DNA from: an uncultured virus (IMG/VR IMGVR_UViG_3300021255_003627)
Taxonomy: Duplodnaviria > Heunggongvirae > Uroviricota > Caudoviricetes
Reading direction: 5' to 3' (one strand)
DNA length: 64,000 bases
IMG/VR virus record: IMGVR_UViG_3300021255_003627
Below the pieces are notes generated by a model. The model was not told the DNA's origin. It searched no databases and saw only the letters and a list, made by a program, of their open reading frames with translations. Both the position numbers and the translations under genes were made by a program. This document shows, one piece after another, positions 41,686 through 51,449 of this stretch; positions within the stretch are counted from its first letter, which is position 1; each line of letters begins with the position of its first letter.

Positions 41686-42573
41686 ATGTTAAACATAGAA
41701 GACATAAACGAAAGGCTTAAGAGATGCGCAGAACCAATCGAGGTTACTAAAATAAGGGATGCAATATCTAAGCGCTTTGGCAATTTGGAGTTTATCCAAG
41801 AAGGCCATAAGTACTACCTTCATAAGAACGGCTCCAAAAAGGAAATGGAGAGTGTATCATCAGTGTGCCATAGGTTTGAGCCTTATGTGGATTGGGATGT
41901 CATACTTGAGCGCAAGGCATTGAAGTTAGGTATTGACAAAGAAGTTCTCAGAAGACAATGGAAGGAGAAGAATATCACTTCCACGTCCAATGGAAGTCTG
42001 ACGCACTTGTTCGCTGAAGCCTATATGTATTTCTTCATGGGGCGTGTGGACCTAATGCCTAGCATCATCAAGGAGATGCAGTATGAGGATGGGTACTTGA
42101 TACCGTATGGCGAGAAACAAGTTGCGGTTGCAAAATACTATGAGGATTTGTTTGAGGTTGATGATTTCTGGCCAGTGATGCCAGAAACGCAAGTTTACAT
42201 AGACTCAGATGATAATCCATATGGGATTGCACTTGACATTAGCGGAACATTTGATGCATTGTTTGCCTTCAAGGATTCTGACGGAGAATTGGCGTTGTCA
42301 ATACGAGACTGGAAGACAAATGCCTCACTTGAGAATGACTATAATAAGGCGTATGGAAATACGCTATTGGAGCCATTTGATGCGTTAATCAACCAGCCTA
42401 AATCAATCTACACAATACAGTTAAGTCTCTATCAGTTGGCGTTGGAACAGATAGGTTACAAAGTAAAGGATAGGAAACTACTGTGGCTCACCCAAGATGC
42501 GGAATATTATAAGATTGGAGTTGAAGATGTGACGAAAGATATTATAAATGTTTTATCAGACGAAAAGCAATAG
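41686..42573 (+). CDS. PD-(D/E)XK exonuclease (Cas4/RecB-like)
   Basis: GSLTH, PETQV, SGTFDAL, IRDWKT and YTIQLSLY motifs. Confidence 0.8.
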   Translation: MLNIEDINERLKRCAEPIEVTKIRDAISKRFGNLEFIQEGHKYYLHKNGSKKEMESVSSVCHRFEPYVDWDVILERKALKLGIDKEVLRRQWKEKNITSTSNGSLTHLFAEAYMYFFMGRVDLMPSIIKEMQYEDGYLIPYGEKQVAVAKYYEDLFEVDDFWPVMPETQVYIDSDDNPYGIALDISGTFDALFAFKDSDGELALSIRDWKTNASLENDYNKAYGNTLLEPFDALINQPKSIYTIQLSLYQLALEQIGYKVKDRKLLWLTQDAEYYKIGVEDVTKDIINVLSDEKQ

Positions 42574-42575
42574 TT

Positions 42576-42824
42576 ATGGCAAAAATATTATTGGAACTTT
42601 TGTGTAAGTTATATAAACTTAACTATGTGGTGAAGAAGTTGTATCGTCCTGAAGGGTGTAAGGATTGGGGGTTCTCTGACACAAAGGACGTGGCTTACTC
42701 CATTTACGTTACAAGGAAGAATAGTACGAAAAAGTACTATGCATTTGGTTTTTGGATAAACGATGATAACTTATCAAAAGCGTATCTACGCGCAACCATA
42801 ATGGCATTGAGGAATCTTTTCTGA
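42576..42824 (+). CDS. Hypothetical protein
   Basis: 82-aa ORF in operon. Confidence 0.5.
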   Translation: MAKILLELLCKLYKLNYVVKKLYRPEGCKDWGFSDTKDVAYSIYVTRKNSTKKYYAFGFWINDDNLSKAYLRATIMALRNLF

Positions 42825-42993
42825 AAATAACTTGGTTAGTACAACAAAAATGACATAAAAAAATTTAACAAGTGTACAGAAAACGGTATAAAAGTAATTT
42901 ATGTGGTTAATGATAAAAAAGATGTAATAGATAATGTTATATACAGATATAATAATGTATATGATAAAAATGAATTTATCGAATTTTTAAAAA

Positions 42994-43557
42994 ATGGAAC
43001 TTAAAGTTTTGTCTCACTATCTTTTTGATGAGGATATGAGAAATATGAATCTTAATGATGAGAATGTTGAAAAAACTGATACGGCATTCATATCAATTAT
43101 TGGTACTCCAGAATGTTTAAAATATTGGCTTGGTGAAGATAGCACAAAACATTATTTTAAAGACCATCCCAATGTATTGAATCTTGAGTTTGATGACATT
43201 GGAACAGATGTTAACTATGGTGGTCACATCTTCAAGACAATGACTATGGAGCAAGCCGAAAAGACAGTTGACTTTATTGAAGATATGATTAAAAAGGGAG
43301 TTAAAAAGATAGAAGGTCATTGCCGTGCTGGTTATTCAAGAAGCAGAGCCATTTTTTCTTTTATCTATCGTTATTGCCAAGAAAATAACATAGAAGTTGA
43401 ATATTCAGATGAAAGTGACTATAGGTTATTTCTCAATCAAGGAGTATTGACCAAACTTAATCACGCATATTGGAAGAAGCATAAAATGTATGAGTATTCG
43501 AATAGCGGCTATGATTATCCTGATGACATTAAAGGGAACAAGATAGAATATGTTTAA
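42994..43557 (+). CDS. Cys-based (PTP/DSP family) phosphatase
   Basis: LEFDD and HCRAGYSRS (CX5R) motifs. Confidence 0.85.
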   Translation: MELKVLSHYLFDEDMRNMNLNDENVEKTDTAFISIIGTPECLKYWLGEDSTKHYFKDHPNVLNLEFDDIGTDVNYGGHIFKTMTMEQAEKTVDFIEDMIKKGVKKIEGHCRAGYSRSRAIFSFIYRYCQENNIEVEYSDESDYRLFLNQGVLTKLNHAYWKKHKMYEYSNSGYDYPDDIKGNKIEYV

Positions 43558-43678
43558 GAGTTGCCTTGTTTGCGCAAACCACCAAAAATGCGAATACATA
43601 AAAGATATGAGAAATAACAACATTGCGGAAGTGTGCGAATTATTTATCGGAGAAAACTCCCAATTATCCGCAAGATAA
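43550..43678 (+). CDS. 42-aa Cys4 microprotein
   Basis: MFKSCLVCANHQKCEYIKDMRNNNIAEVCELFIGENSQLSAR*; overlaps the upstream stop. Confidence 0.45.
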   Translation: MFKSCLVCANHQKCEYIKDMRNNNIAEVCELFIGENSQLSAR

Positions 43679-43687
43679 AAAAATTAT

Positions 43688-44167
43688 ATGAAAAACTATG
43701 ATGGAATTGTGTGGGAGATAGTACACCACAGCGAGAAAACGAATGATGGGCGTTGGGTGATTCCAATTGAGGTAGATTGGGATTTCACCATAACAAAATG
43801 TTCTTCTTGGGAAAACAACACAATGGAGGTTGACGAAGCCGCACTGAAGGTAATGAGGGAATGGCAAGTCAAGTATAATGTTGGTTGGATTCTCAATACG
43901 ATGAGACCGAATGAAATGCTTGCTGAACCGATGCGAATCTTGCGTGAACACAACATTGATGTATATGGGGTTAGGACAAATCCGATACAAGGGAAAGGTG
44001 ATGTCACAAAAGTATTTGCAGTTATGTCAATAGATGACAGAAATTTAGGCGTACCGCACAAATGGGCAGAGGGTTGCGACAGACCGCATGTTGATTGGGA
44101 AGAGGTTGACAAGTTGGGGAAACCCATATTGGAAGCCATATATGAAAAACTTCGGAATACAAAATAA
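43688..44167 (+). CDS. HAD-superfamily phosphatase
   Basis: VDWDFT (DxDxT), ILNTMR, K and IDDRN motifs. Confidence 0.75.
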   Translation: MKNYDGIVWEIVHHSEKTNDGRWVIPIEVDWDFTITKCSSWENNTMEVDEAALKVMREWQVKYNVGWILNTMRPNEMLAEPMRILREHNIDVYGVRTNPIQGKGDVTKVFAVMSIDDRNLGVPHKWAEGCDRPHVDWEEVDKLGKPILEAIYEKLRNTK

Positions 44168-44186
44168 TTAAAAAAAATATTGTAAT

Positions 44187-44387
44187 ATGGATGAAAAATA
44201 TGTTTTGATAAAACCATTTGAATGTCAGTATGGCAGACTTCCAGAAGGCACGGAAATAGTTGGGTTTAGAGGGCAGATATATGTTAATGGGGGTCCAATC
44301 CCTAGCACATTCAACCGCATCTTTCTCGACCTTATTAATAATGCGGAATATGTTAGAAAAGTGAAAATAACAAAGAACCAAATTTAA
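44187..44387 (+). CDS. Hypothetical protein
   Basis: 66-aa ORF in operon. Confidence 0.5.
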   Translation: MDEKYVLIKPFECQYGRLPEGTEIVGFRGQIYVNGGPIPSTFNRIFLDLINNAEYVRKVKITKNQI

Positions 44388-44389
44388 TT

Positions 44390-44803
44390 ATGAAACAGAA
44401 ATTCTATAGTATGTATGGGACGGCAACCGACTCAAACGGTGATAAGCACGTCGTGACGGTAGTTGGAAAGTTTGAACAGTATCGTGAACGGAAGATGGTC
44501 GAGGAAGAGGTGGATGTCGCACTGAAACCAAACTCTAGGGTCGTAGGCAGACTCAAATACCCATCAAACAAGATTCTGACAAGGAAACTTACCCTAGGTA
44601 TGTCAATTTGTCACCCAAACGATGAATTTGATAAAGAAGTCGGCATAGAGCTCGCGAAAAAGAGGATTGCAAATGGGGAGATATTGGGCGCACTTGAAAC
44701 CAATGACGTCACAATGCTCACACAAGATGCAGTAATGGGAGAACTCTTTGTTAAACTTCAACACATAACAAAGAACATTGACAAATATATTGGCGATAAC
44801 TAA
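44390..44803 (+). CDS. Hypothetical phage protein
   Basis: SICHPNDEFDKEVGIELAKKR, a motif type seen in small phage proteins. Confidence 0.6.
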   Translation: MKQKFYSMYGTATDSNGDKHVVTVVGKFEQYRERKMVEEEVDVALKPNSRVVGRLKYPSNKILTRKLTLGMSICHPNDEFDKEVGIELAKKRIANGEILGALETNDVTMLTQDAVMGELFVKLQHITKNIDKYIGDN

Positions 44804-44979
44804 AACAAGACTAAACATTTGTTAATATACAAAATATGAGTCCAATTAATTTTGCTGACTCATATTTTTTCCGTATATTTGCAAAGGTATGTCCATAGGA
44901 TAAACAAATAAGATACACTTTGGCACACTTTTTGTAGAATGAAAGAAAAGAATAATTGGTTTAATTAAATAAAACAAAT

Positions 44980-46866
44980 ATGAGTAAAGTTATCGGAATA
45001 GATTTAGGTTCGACGCTTAGCGAAGTAGCCGTCATTGAGAATGGAAGGCCGACTGTAGTTGTTAACGAGGATGGAAGTTATACCACTCCATCTGTGGTTT
45101 CTTTCTCTGACGGAGAGCGTAAAGTTGGTGCCGCCGCAAAGAGGCAGCAAGTTGTGAACCCTAAAAACACGGTTTATCTAATCAAAAGGTTTATGGGTTT
45201 AAATTACGATGAGGCCGCAGATGCCACGAAGCATGTTCAGTACGACGTGGTGAACAACGGAGGAAAGGCGTGTGTTTCAATTGACGGAAGGACATTTTCT
45301 CCAGAGGAAATTTCCTCTCATATCCTTTCTAAGATGAAAAAAATTGCCGAGGACTATCTTGGTCAAGAGGTAAAGGATGCTGTGATTACGGTACCAGCAT
45401 TTTTCAATGATGCGGCAAGGCAAGCGACTAAGCAAGCAGGTGAAATTGCTGGACTTAATGTTCTTCGAGTAATTGCAGAACCCACTGCTGCCATTCTTTC
45501 TTCGAACATAGACATGCAGAAAGGTGGTAAGTATATGGTCGTAGATTTTGGCGGCTCGACTCTAGATAATTCGGTTGCGGATATATCAGACGGCGTAGTT
45601 GAAATCTTGTCGACGAACGGTGATGTTTACCTTGGTGGCAGTGATATTGACAAACTTGTGGCAGACTACGTAGTTGGCGAGTTTAAGAAGACTTGCAGTG
45701 TTGACGTTTCCAAAGACCCACAAGCGATGACTAGGGTCTTGGAGGCTTGTGAGAAGGCCAAAATTGAACTATCTAATTCTCCTAGTGCTGAAATCAACAT
45801 ACCTTATATAACGGTAGTTGACAACGTACCACAACACTTGAACGTCTCTTTAAGCAAAGCCAAGTTCGAGCAGATTATTTCGCCTATTGTCACCAAGTTG
45901 ATAACTTGTGCTAAGAAGGCTGTTGAACTAGCGAAGATTGAATACAAGGAACTTAACGGAATTCTTCTTATTGGCGGTTCTTGCAGAATACCGATGATAC
46001 AAGAAGCATTAAGTAAAGAGTTTGGCGTGGAACTCATCAAATCATCCAACATGGATTTGGCAGTTGCAGAAGGTGCTGCAATCCAAGCCAACAACATTGT
46101 TGGTGGCGAAGGCTCTAGCGACATTCTACTTGTTGACGTCCTTCCTATATCGGTTGGTATAGAGACTATGCATGGTGTTTTCACCAAACTTGTCGAGGCT
46201 AACACAACGATACCTTGTAAGAAAGAGGAGACGTTCACGACTGCTGAGGCGAATCAGACGGTTGTAACCGTGAATGTGTTGCAAGGTGAACGTCCGATGG
46301 CCAAGGACAACAAACCTCTTGGTAGGTTTAACCTAGATGGGATATTACCAGCCCCTGCGCATGTGCCGCAGATTATTGTCACCTTCGACATCGATGCCAA
46401 CGGTATTCTGAACGTCTCGGCCAAGGACAAGGCCACTGGAAAAGAACAGTCCATCCGTATTGAGGGTAGCAGCAAACTAGACCAATCTGAGGTAGACCGA
46501 ATTAAGGCAGAGGCAGAGAAGTATGCCGATGCTGACAAGAAGGCAAAAGAAGAGGCAGATACCCTAAACAAGGCTGAAAGCATTGTCTATAGCCAAGAAA
46601 AACTCATCGAGGAACAAGCAAGCACGTTGTCTTCTGACGAGAAAGAAAAATTGCAAGGTTTTGTCTCCGAACTCAAGAAAGCCCTTGAGACTAAAGATGC
46701 TAGCAAGGTTGATTCTCTTGAATCATCTATCAATGAGGTTTGGCAGTCTGTTTCTCAAAGAGTCTATTCTCAGCAGCAACAAACTTCGGAGAATCAAACA
46801 ACTGACGGAACCACTAGTGGTGGTGATAGCGTACAAGACGCAGAATTTACCGAGGTTGTTGAGTAA
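44980..46866 (+). CDS. dnaK: Hsp70 chaperone DnaK
   Basis: VIGIDLG, TPSVV, TVPAFFND, EPTAA, DFGGST, LQGER and FDIDANGIL. Confidence 0.97.
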   Translation: MSKVIGIDLGSTLSEVAVIENGRPTVVVNEDGSYTTPSVVSFSDGERKVGAAAKRQQVVNPKNTVYLIKRFMGLNYDEAADATKHVQYDVVNNGGKACVSIDGRTFSPEEISSHILSKMKKIAEDYLGQEVKDAVITVPAFFNDAARQATKQAGEIAGLNVLRVIAEPTAAILSSNIDMQKGGKYMVVDFGGSTLDNSVADISDGVVEILSTNGDVYLGGSDIDKLVADYVVGEFKKTCSVDVSKDPQAMTRVLEACEKAKIELSNSPSAEINIPYITVVDNVPQHLNVSLSKAKFEQIISPIVTKLITCAKKAVELAKIEYKELNGILLIGGSCRIPMIQEALSKEFGVELIKSSNMDLAVAEGAAIQANNIVGGEGSSDILLVDVLPISVGIETMHGVFTKLVEANTTIPCKKEETFTTAEANQTVVTVNVLQGERPMAKDNKPLGRFNLDGILPAPAHVPQIIVTFDIDANGILNVSAKDKATGKEQSIRIEGSSKLDQSEVDRIKAEAEKYADADKKAKEEADTLNKAESIVYSQEKLIEEQASTLSSDEKEKLQGFVSELKKALETKDASKVDSLESSINEVWQSVSQRVYSQQQQTSENQTTDGTTSGGDSVQDAEFTEVVE

Positions 46867-46880
46867 ATGACAAAGTAGGC

Positions 46881-46921
46881 AGTGCCTATCTGTGCAATCA
46901 AGCATTGGACAGATGGGCACT
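46881..46921 (+). terminator. Long hairpin after dnaK (terminator or stabiliser)
   Basis: AGTGCCTATCTGT...ACAGATGGGCACT. Confidence 0.6.
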
Positions 46922-47061
46922 CTTAATACTTTTGTTAAAAAAATCTTAAAAAATTTGTTTATTTGATTTTTTTTCCGTATATTTGCAATTAGGTAAACAA
47001 AAAATCATATAGTTTGTTCAAGTTTTAACATACTGTAGGATACGGTCAGATAAAATGTATT

Positions 47062-48147
47062 ATGGCAGAAAGAAAGGACTATTACAAGATATTAGGGCTA
47101 AGTGACGAGGAAAGAAAACTTAAGGGTAAGGAATTTCAAGACATAATTAAAAAGAAATTCCGTAAGATTTCCATTGAGAAGCACCCAGACAAACAGCACG
47201 GAAAAAGTGACGCTGAGAAGAAACAAGCCGAGGAAGAATTCAAGGAGGCGGCACAAGCGTATGAAGTCTTGTCCGACGAAAAGAAACGTGCTGAATATGA
47301 CAATCCGCACTCCTCGTTTGATTTCAGCGGAATGGACTTTGGCGATATGCATATTGACGACATCCTTAGGCATTTCGGCTTTGGCCACGATTCGCGGCCA
47401 AAAGAAATAAAGGGAACGAGCATTAGGATTACGCTACCCTTGACTCTTGAGGAAATGGCAAATGGCGTCATCAAGAAGATTAAGTATAAACGTTTCGTCT
47501 TATGTGATAGCTGTAATGGTAGCGGGCGAACTGCAAACACAAAGGAAAGGGTGTGTCGCACTTGCGGTGGAAGTGGTATGGTCTTCTCACAGAACCATTT
47601 TATGATGGTTCAGCAAACTTGTCCGACTTGTGGTGGTCAAGGTAGATATTTGGAAAACCCTTGTACGAGATGTGGCGGTCACGGAATTGCAGAAAAGACA
47701 AATGAGGAAGCGGAGATAAAAGTAGAGAAAGGTGTATTAGGCGGCATGAGTTTTGTCTTAGAAGGCATGGGTAACTATCCGCCGCACGGAGAAGGTATTC
47801 CAGGAGACCTAATAATCCTAGTTCGCCAAATTGAACATGACACTTTTGAATGTATTAATTCCGACTTATATTGTGAGATTGGGATAAGTGTCGTCGACGC
47901 AATACTTGGTGCGAAGATTAATGTATCTACGCTCGATGGGAAGGTCTTGAGTGCTACCATACCGCAAGGAACAAAGGAAGGTGACAAACTTAGGTTTAGG
48001 GGGTATGGGATGCCAAAGTATGGGTCTAACCATGTTGGGGATATGATTGGTATCATTAGGATTAAAATACCAAAGCAAATTACAGACGACGAAAGGCAGT
48101 TGTTAGAAAAACTCAGAGAACAAGAACACTTCAAAAATGGCGATTAG
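47062..48147 (+). CDS. dnaJ: DnaJ chaperone
   Basis: DYYKILG, HPD, four CxxCxGxG repeats and a C-terminal domain. Confidence 0.95.
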   Translation: MAERKDYYKILGLSDEERKLKGKEFQDIIKKKFRKISIEKHPDKQHGKSDAEKKQAEEEFKEAAQAYEVLSDEKKRAEYDNPHSSFDFSGMDFGDMHIDDILRHFGFGHDSRPKEIKGTSIRITLPLTLEEMANGVIKKIKYKRFVLCDSCNGSGRTANTKERVCRTCGGSGMVFSQNHFMMVQQTCPTCGGQGRYLENPCTRCGGHGIAEKTNEEAEIKVEKGVLGGMSFVLEGMGNYPPHGEGIPGDLIILVRQIEHDTFECINSDLYCEIGISVVDAILGAKINVSTLDGKVLSATIPQGTKEGDKLRFRGYGMPKYGSNHVGDMIGIIRIKIPKQITDDERQLLEKLREQEHFKNGD

Positions 48148-48748
48148 GGTTATCAAGGACGAGGATATATATGACCACTTTGACGAATATGATGTCATAC
48201 TCATAGGGACTAACCTTTATTGCACGATGTCAAATGGCATTCAACTTAAGGTCATGCTAAACTATCCGTATGTGTTCAATAAAAACCTTGAAACCAAATA
48301 TGGCGACTTGGAAAAGTTAGGGACCATATTGGAATGTACAAATGAGAATGAGCCTACATTTTGTTTGTGTTTCATTACCAAAGGTTATAACTTTCGCCCT
48401 GATTTACAATCTGACTACCTTTCATATGAGGCGTTGGAAAAATGTTTGAGGCTTGTCAACATCAAGTATAAGGGCATGAGGGTTGCTTGTCCAATGTTAG
48501 GGAATAGTAGGTTTGACGGAAATGGTGACAAGGGGCGAATTATGAACATCTTTGAAGAGTCCATTAGTGATGTCGACTTGACTATTTACGACTACCACCA
48601 ACTATCTAGGGATGAAATGGTGAAAGCAATGCTAACGGCTGAGAACGAGGTTAAACTTAAGGATAGGGATGCTTATTACAAGATGGTTAGGAAGCGGAAG
48701 GCAGAAGCGGATGAACGTTTTAATAAGAATGGGCATAGAAGATACTAA
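48137..48748 (+). CDS. Macrodomain-like (ADP-ribose processing) protein
   Basis: GTNLYCTMSNGIQ matches the NxxxxMxxGI pattern; LSYEALEKCL; ACPMLG. Confidence 0.6.
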   Translation: MAIRVIKDEDIYDHFDEYDVILIGTNLYCTMSNGIQLKVMLNYPYVFNKNLETKYGDLEKLGTILECTNENEPTFCLCFITKGYNFRPDLQSDYLSYEALEKCLRLVNIKYKGMRVACPMLGNSRFDGNGDKGRIMNIFEESISDVDLTIYDYHQLSRDEMVKAMLTAENEVKLKDRDAYYKMVRKRKAEADERFNKNGHRRY

Positions 48749-48770
48749 AAACATTATAAATTAAATTCAA

Positions 48771-49145
48771 ATGATTCTACACTTACATTTAAATGAAGAC
48801 CATTTAAAACTAATCAAGTTCATTAAGATTATTGATGAGGATGACGAATTCCTAAAAATTGACAAGGTTGGGATGTTGACGATACAGTCGCATGTACTAG
48901 ATGATGTTGCAATGATTTTGGGAATGAAAGACAAAGCCATTAAAGGAACCTCTGAGGATGCAGATGGAGGTGCTTACCCCGATGATGTCGAGAAATATCT
49001 TTTGGACACGTACAACTATGTTAGGGATAACCTATATTACATAGAGACGTTGCTTCATCAATTTGCGACTGATGGTATTAAAGTCGGTCACTACAAGTGT
49101 AACGATGCAAGTTTATTTTGGGAAAAGGTCGACGATGAGGTATAA
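48771..49145 (+). CDS. Hypothetical protein
   Basis: 124-aa ORF in operon. Confidence 0.55.
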   Translation: MILHLHLNEDHLKLIKFIKIIDEDDEFLKIDKVGMLTIQSHVLDDVAMILGMKDKAIKGTSEDADGGAYPDDVEKYLLDTYNYVRDNLYYIETLLHQFATDGIKVGHYKCNDASLFWEKVDDEV

Positions 49146-49668
49146 CAAGAACAACAATCGTCAAAAAGGAATTTGGTATCCTGTTAATGACGAGATTAAA
49201 ATCAGCGGCAATGTTAGGGTTGTCGGAGAAGGTGTCGATAGCAAGGTGGTATCCATCGCCGAGGCACGGTCAATGGCTATCGATATGGGGCTTGACCTTA
49301 TTGAAATAAACGGGAATCTCGAAACACCAATCTTGAGAATAGCAAACTATGAAAAGATGGTTTATGAGATGAAGCGTTCGGCCAAGAAAAACAAACAGAA
49401 CAACAAGCCGCTGAAAGAAATACAACTTAGTGTCAACATAGGAAGGCACGACTTGGAAACAAAGGCAAAACATGCCAAGAGTTTTCTAGAGGATGGGCAC
49501 AAAGTTAAGGTAGTGCTAAAAATGAGAGGAAGAGAAATGGCAAGACGAGAGGAAAACAAAAAGCCAATTCTTGAGTTCATTGTTATGCTAGAAGATGTCG
49601 CCTCCATTGATGGGACACTTAGGGACGAAGGCAATAAAACTACCGTTTATCTTAAAAAGAAAAATTGA
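49135..49668 (+). CDS. infC: Translation initiation factor IF-3
   Basis: VNDEI, VRVV, GLDLIEI, KEIQL, HDLETK, FLEDGHKVKV and RGRE. Confidence 0.92.
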   Translation: MRYNKNNNRQKGIWYPVNDEIKISGNVRVVGEGVDSKVVSIAEARSMAIDMGLDLIEINGNLETPILRIANYEKMVYEMKRSAKKNKQNNKPLKEIQLSVNIGRHDLETKAKHAKSFLEDGHKVKVVLKMRGREMARREENKKPILEFIVMLEDVASIDGTLRDEGNKTTVYLKKKN

Positions 49669-49692
49669 ACCCTTTAAATTAAATAAAAAAAA

Positions 49693-50649
49693 ATGCTCGT
49701 AATCAATCTTAAAGCAGATACTGGTCTTGTAGACCGTTCGGAGAACACAACTCGTTATTACAAGGACATCAAAGACTATCCTACCTTTACCAAGGAACAA
49801 GAGGTCGAATGGTTTACGAAGCTAGCCGAAGCAAGAGAAAACGTAGCCAAAGCCAAGGCGTCTAAAAATAGGGAGAAAATACTACTTGCAGAGAAAGAGT
49901 ATATGGACATTAGGGACTACATTGCATGCTGTAACCAAAGGTTGGTCATATCGGCTGCAAAAAACTACTCTAGCACGGAAACACTGACAGATTATATAAA
50001 TGAGGCCAACTTCGGACTTTTTGAGGCACTTGATAGATATGATGTCACGAACGGTGCAAAATTTGCTAGTTATGCAATGTGGTTCATTCTGAGGGCAATA
50101 AACAAATACAAGTACTGCATAGACCCAGCGGTTAAGAAAACAAATTACTATAAAACCTTTCACGTTGTTGCAAAGGCTCGGAACAAGTTCATGCAAGAAA
50201 ACGAACGCATGCCAACAAGCGAAGAACTTCTCGATGCAATCAATGATAAGTATAAGAAAGACATCAAGGACAAATACGATTTGTTGGACATTCATTATGC
50301 TAGCATAGATACAGACACCGACTCTGAGGAGGCATCATATGCATATGGAGACATTGATGCATTCAATACTTCTACCGCTTCATATAATGATTATGAAGAC
50401 CAACAGAAAACCGACTTCGACAAGGAGTTGATAACTACATTGCTAGATGTCTTGACCCCAAGGGAAAGAACCATCATTGAGATGAGATTCGGCTTGTATA
50501 ACGACGAAAGCGGAATTAACAGGCAATTAGAACTTAAGGAGATTAGCGAGAGGTTGAATATAACGTCTGAACGAGTTCGCCAAATTGCGAGGGACTCCAT
50601 AAAAAAAATGAAGGACGAATATAAGCAAAGAATGGGGAAACTTCTTTAA
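49693..50649 (+). CDS. Second phage sigma-70 family factor
   Basis: NQRLVISAAKNY, EANFGLFEA, KFASYAMWFI and ITSERVRQI. Confidence 0.9.
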   Translation: MLVINLKADTGLVDRSENTTRYYKDIKDYPTFTKEQEVEWFTKLAEARENVAKAKASKNREKILLAEKEYMDIRDYIACCNQRLVISAAKNYSSTETLTDYINEANFGLFEALDRYDVTNGAKFASYAMWFILRAINKYKYCIDPAVKKTNYYKTFHVVAKARNKFMQENERMPTSEELLDAINDKYKKDIKDKYDLLDIHYASIDTDTDSEEASYAYGDIDAFNTSTASYNDYEDQQKTDFDKELITTLLDVLTPRERTIIEMRFGLYNDESGINRQLELKEISERLNITSERVRQIARDSIKKMKDEYKQRMGKLL

Positions 50650-50806
50650 ATTTTGGGACACAATAGTATAGCACTTGGCACAACTAATTTATGAAATATA
50701 GATATTTTCTAAGAAAAACAAAAAATCATCAACTAAAATTTGGAATTGTCAAATATTAGATATATCTTTGTATTGGTTAACCGAAAATAGAAATAATAAA
50801 ATAGTT

Positions 50807-51397
50807 ATGAAGAAAATAATAATTGCGCTGTTATTGGCTTGTACGTTACCTATAAATTCTCAGATAATCTACAACCAAATGGAAAATGACTCAACACGAG
50901 TCAAAATAGCAGGAATGACGTGTTGCCGAAGTTTCACAGACAAACGAGTTTTAAATGTTGGAGTTCAACAAATAACAGTAAATCAAGACACTGCATATTT
51001 TGTCGCTATCTGTATTAACCAATTAAGTAGTGGTGATATACCAACTGAAGGAAGAATGTTACTGAAAACAGAAGATGATAATGTCATAGAATTATATAAT
51101 AGTGCTTCGACAAAAGTTTATTCAACTAAGGATTATGGAACTACAACAACTGCTTATATGGTTGGTAGAAGACTAAACGTTAGAACCCAACAAAATACAG
51201 TTAGAATGAACCAAATAATAGGTTATTATCCTATTGAAGAAACTACATTAATGAGTTTATCTAAAGGTGTAACCAAGGTCAGAATTGAGTTAACACCAGC
51301 AAATTATGAAAAATCTTTTAGTAAAGATAAGGTTGGAAAAGCACTACTCAAACATTACTTAGAACTTAAAAAAGATGGATTTAAGGATGATTTTTAA
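50807..51397 (+). CDS. Exported hypothetical protein (signal peptide)
   Basis: MKKIIIALLLACTLPINSQ; has its own promoter and terminator. Confidence 0.65.
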   Translation: MKKIIIALLLACTLPINSQIIYNQMENDSTRVKIAGMTCCRSFTDKRVLNVGVQQITVNQDTAYFVAICINQLSSGDIPTEGRMLLKTEDDNVIELYNSASTKVYSTKDYGTTTTAYMVGRRLNVRTQQNTVRMNQIIGYYPIEETTLMSLSKGVTKVRIELTPANYEKSFSKDKVGKALLKHYLELKKDGFKDDF

Positions 51398-51423
51398 GAG
51401 CAATCAGTACTGATTGCTCTTTG
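51396..51423. terminator. Intrinsic terminator
   Basis: AAGAGCAATCAG-ta-CTGATTGCTCTT. Confidence 0.7.
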
Positions 51424-51449
51424 TTATAAATTATAGGGGACTTGTTAAC

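Noticed and set aside
41686..42573. Cas4 of a CRISPR system
   Set aside because: No array or other cas genes, and the Fe-S cysteine cluster is not evident; a generic phage exonuclease.
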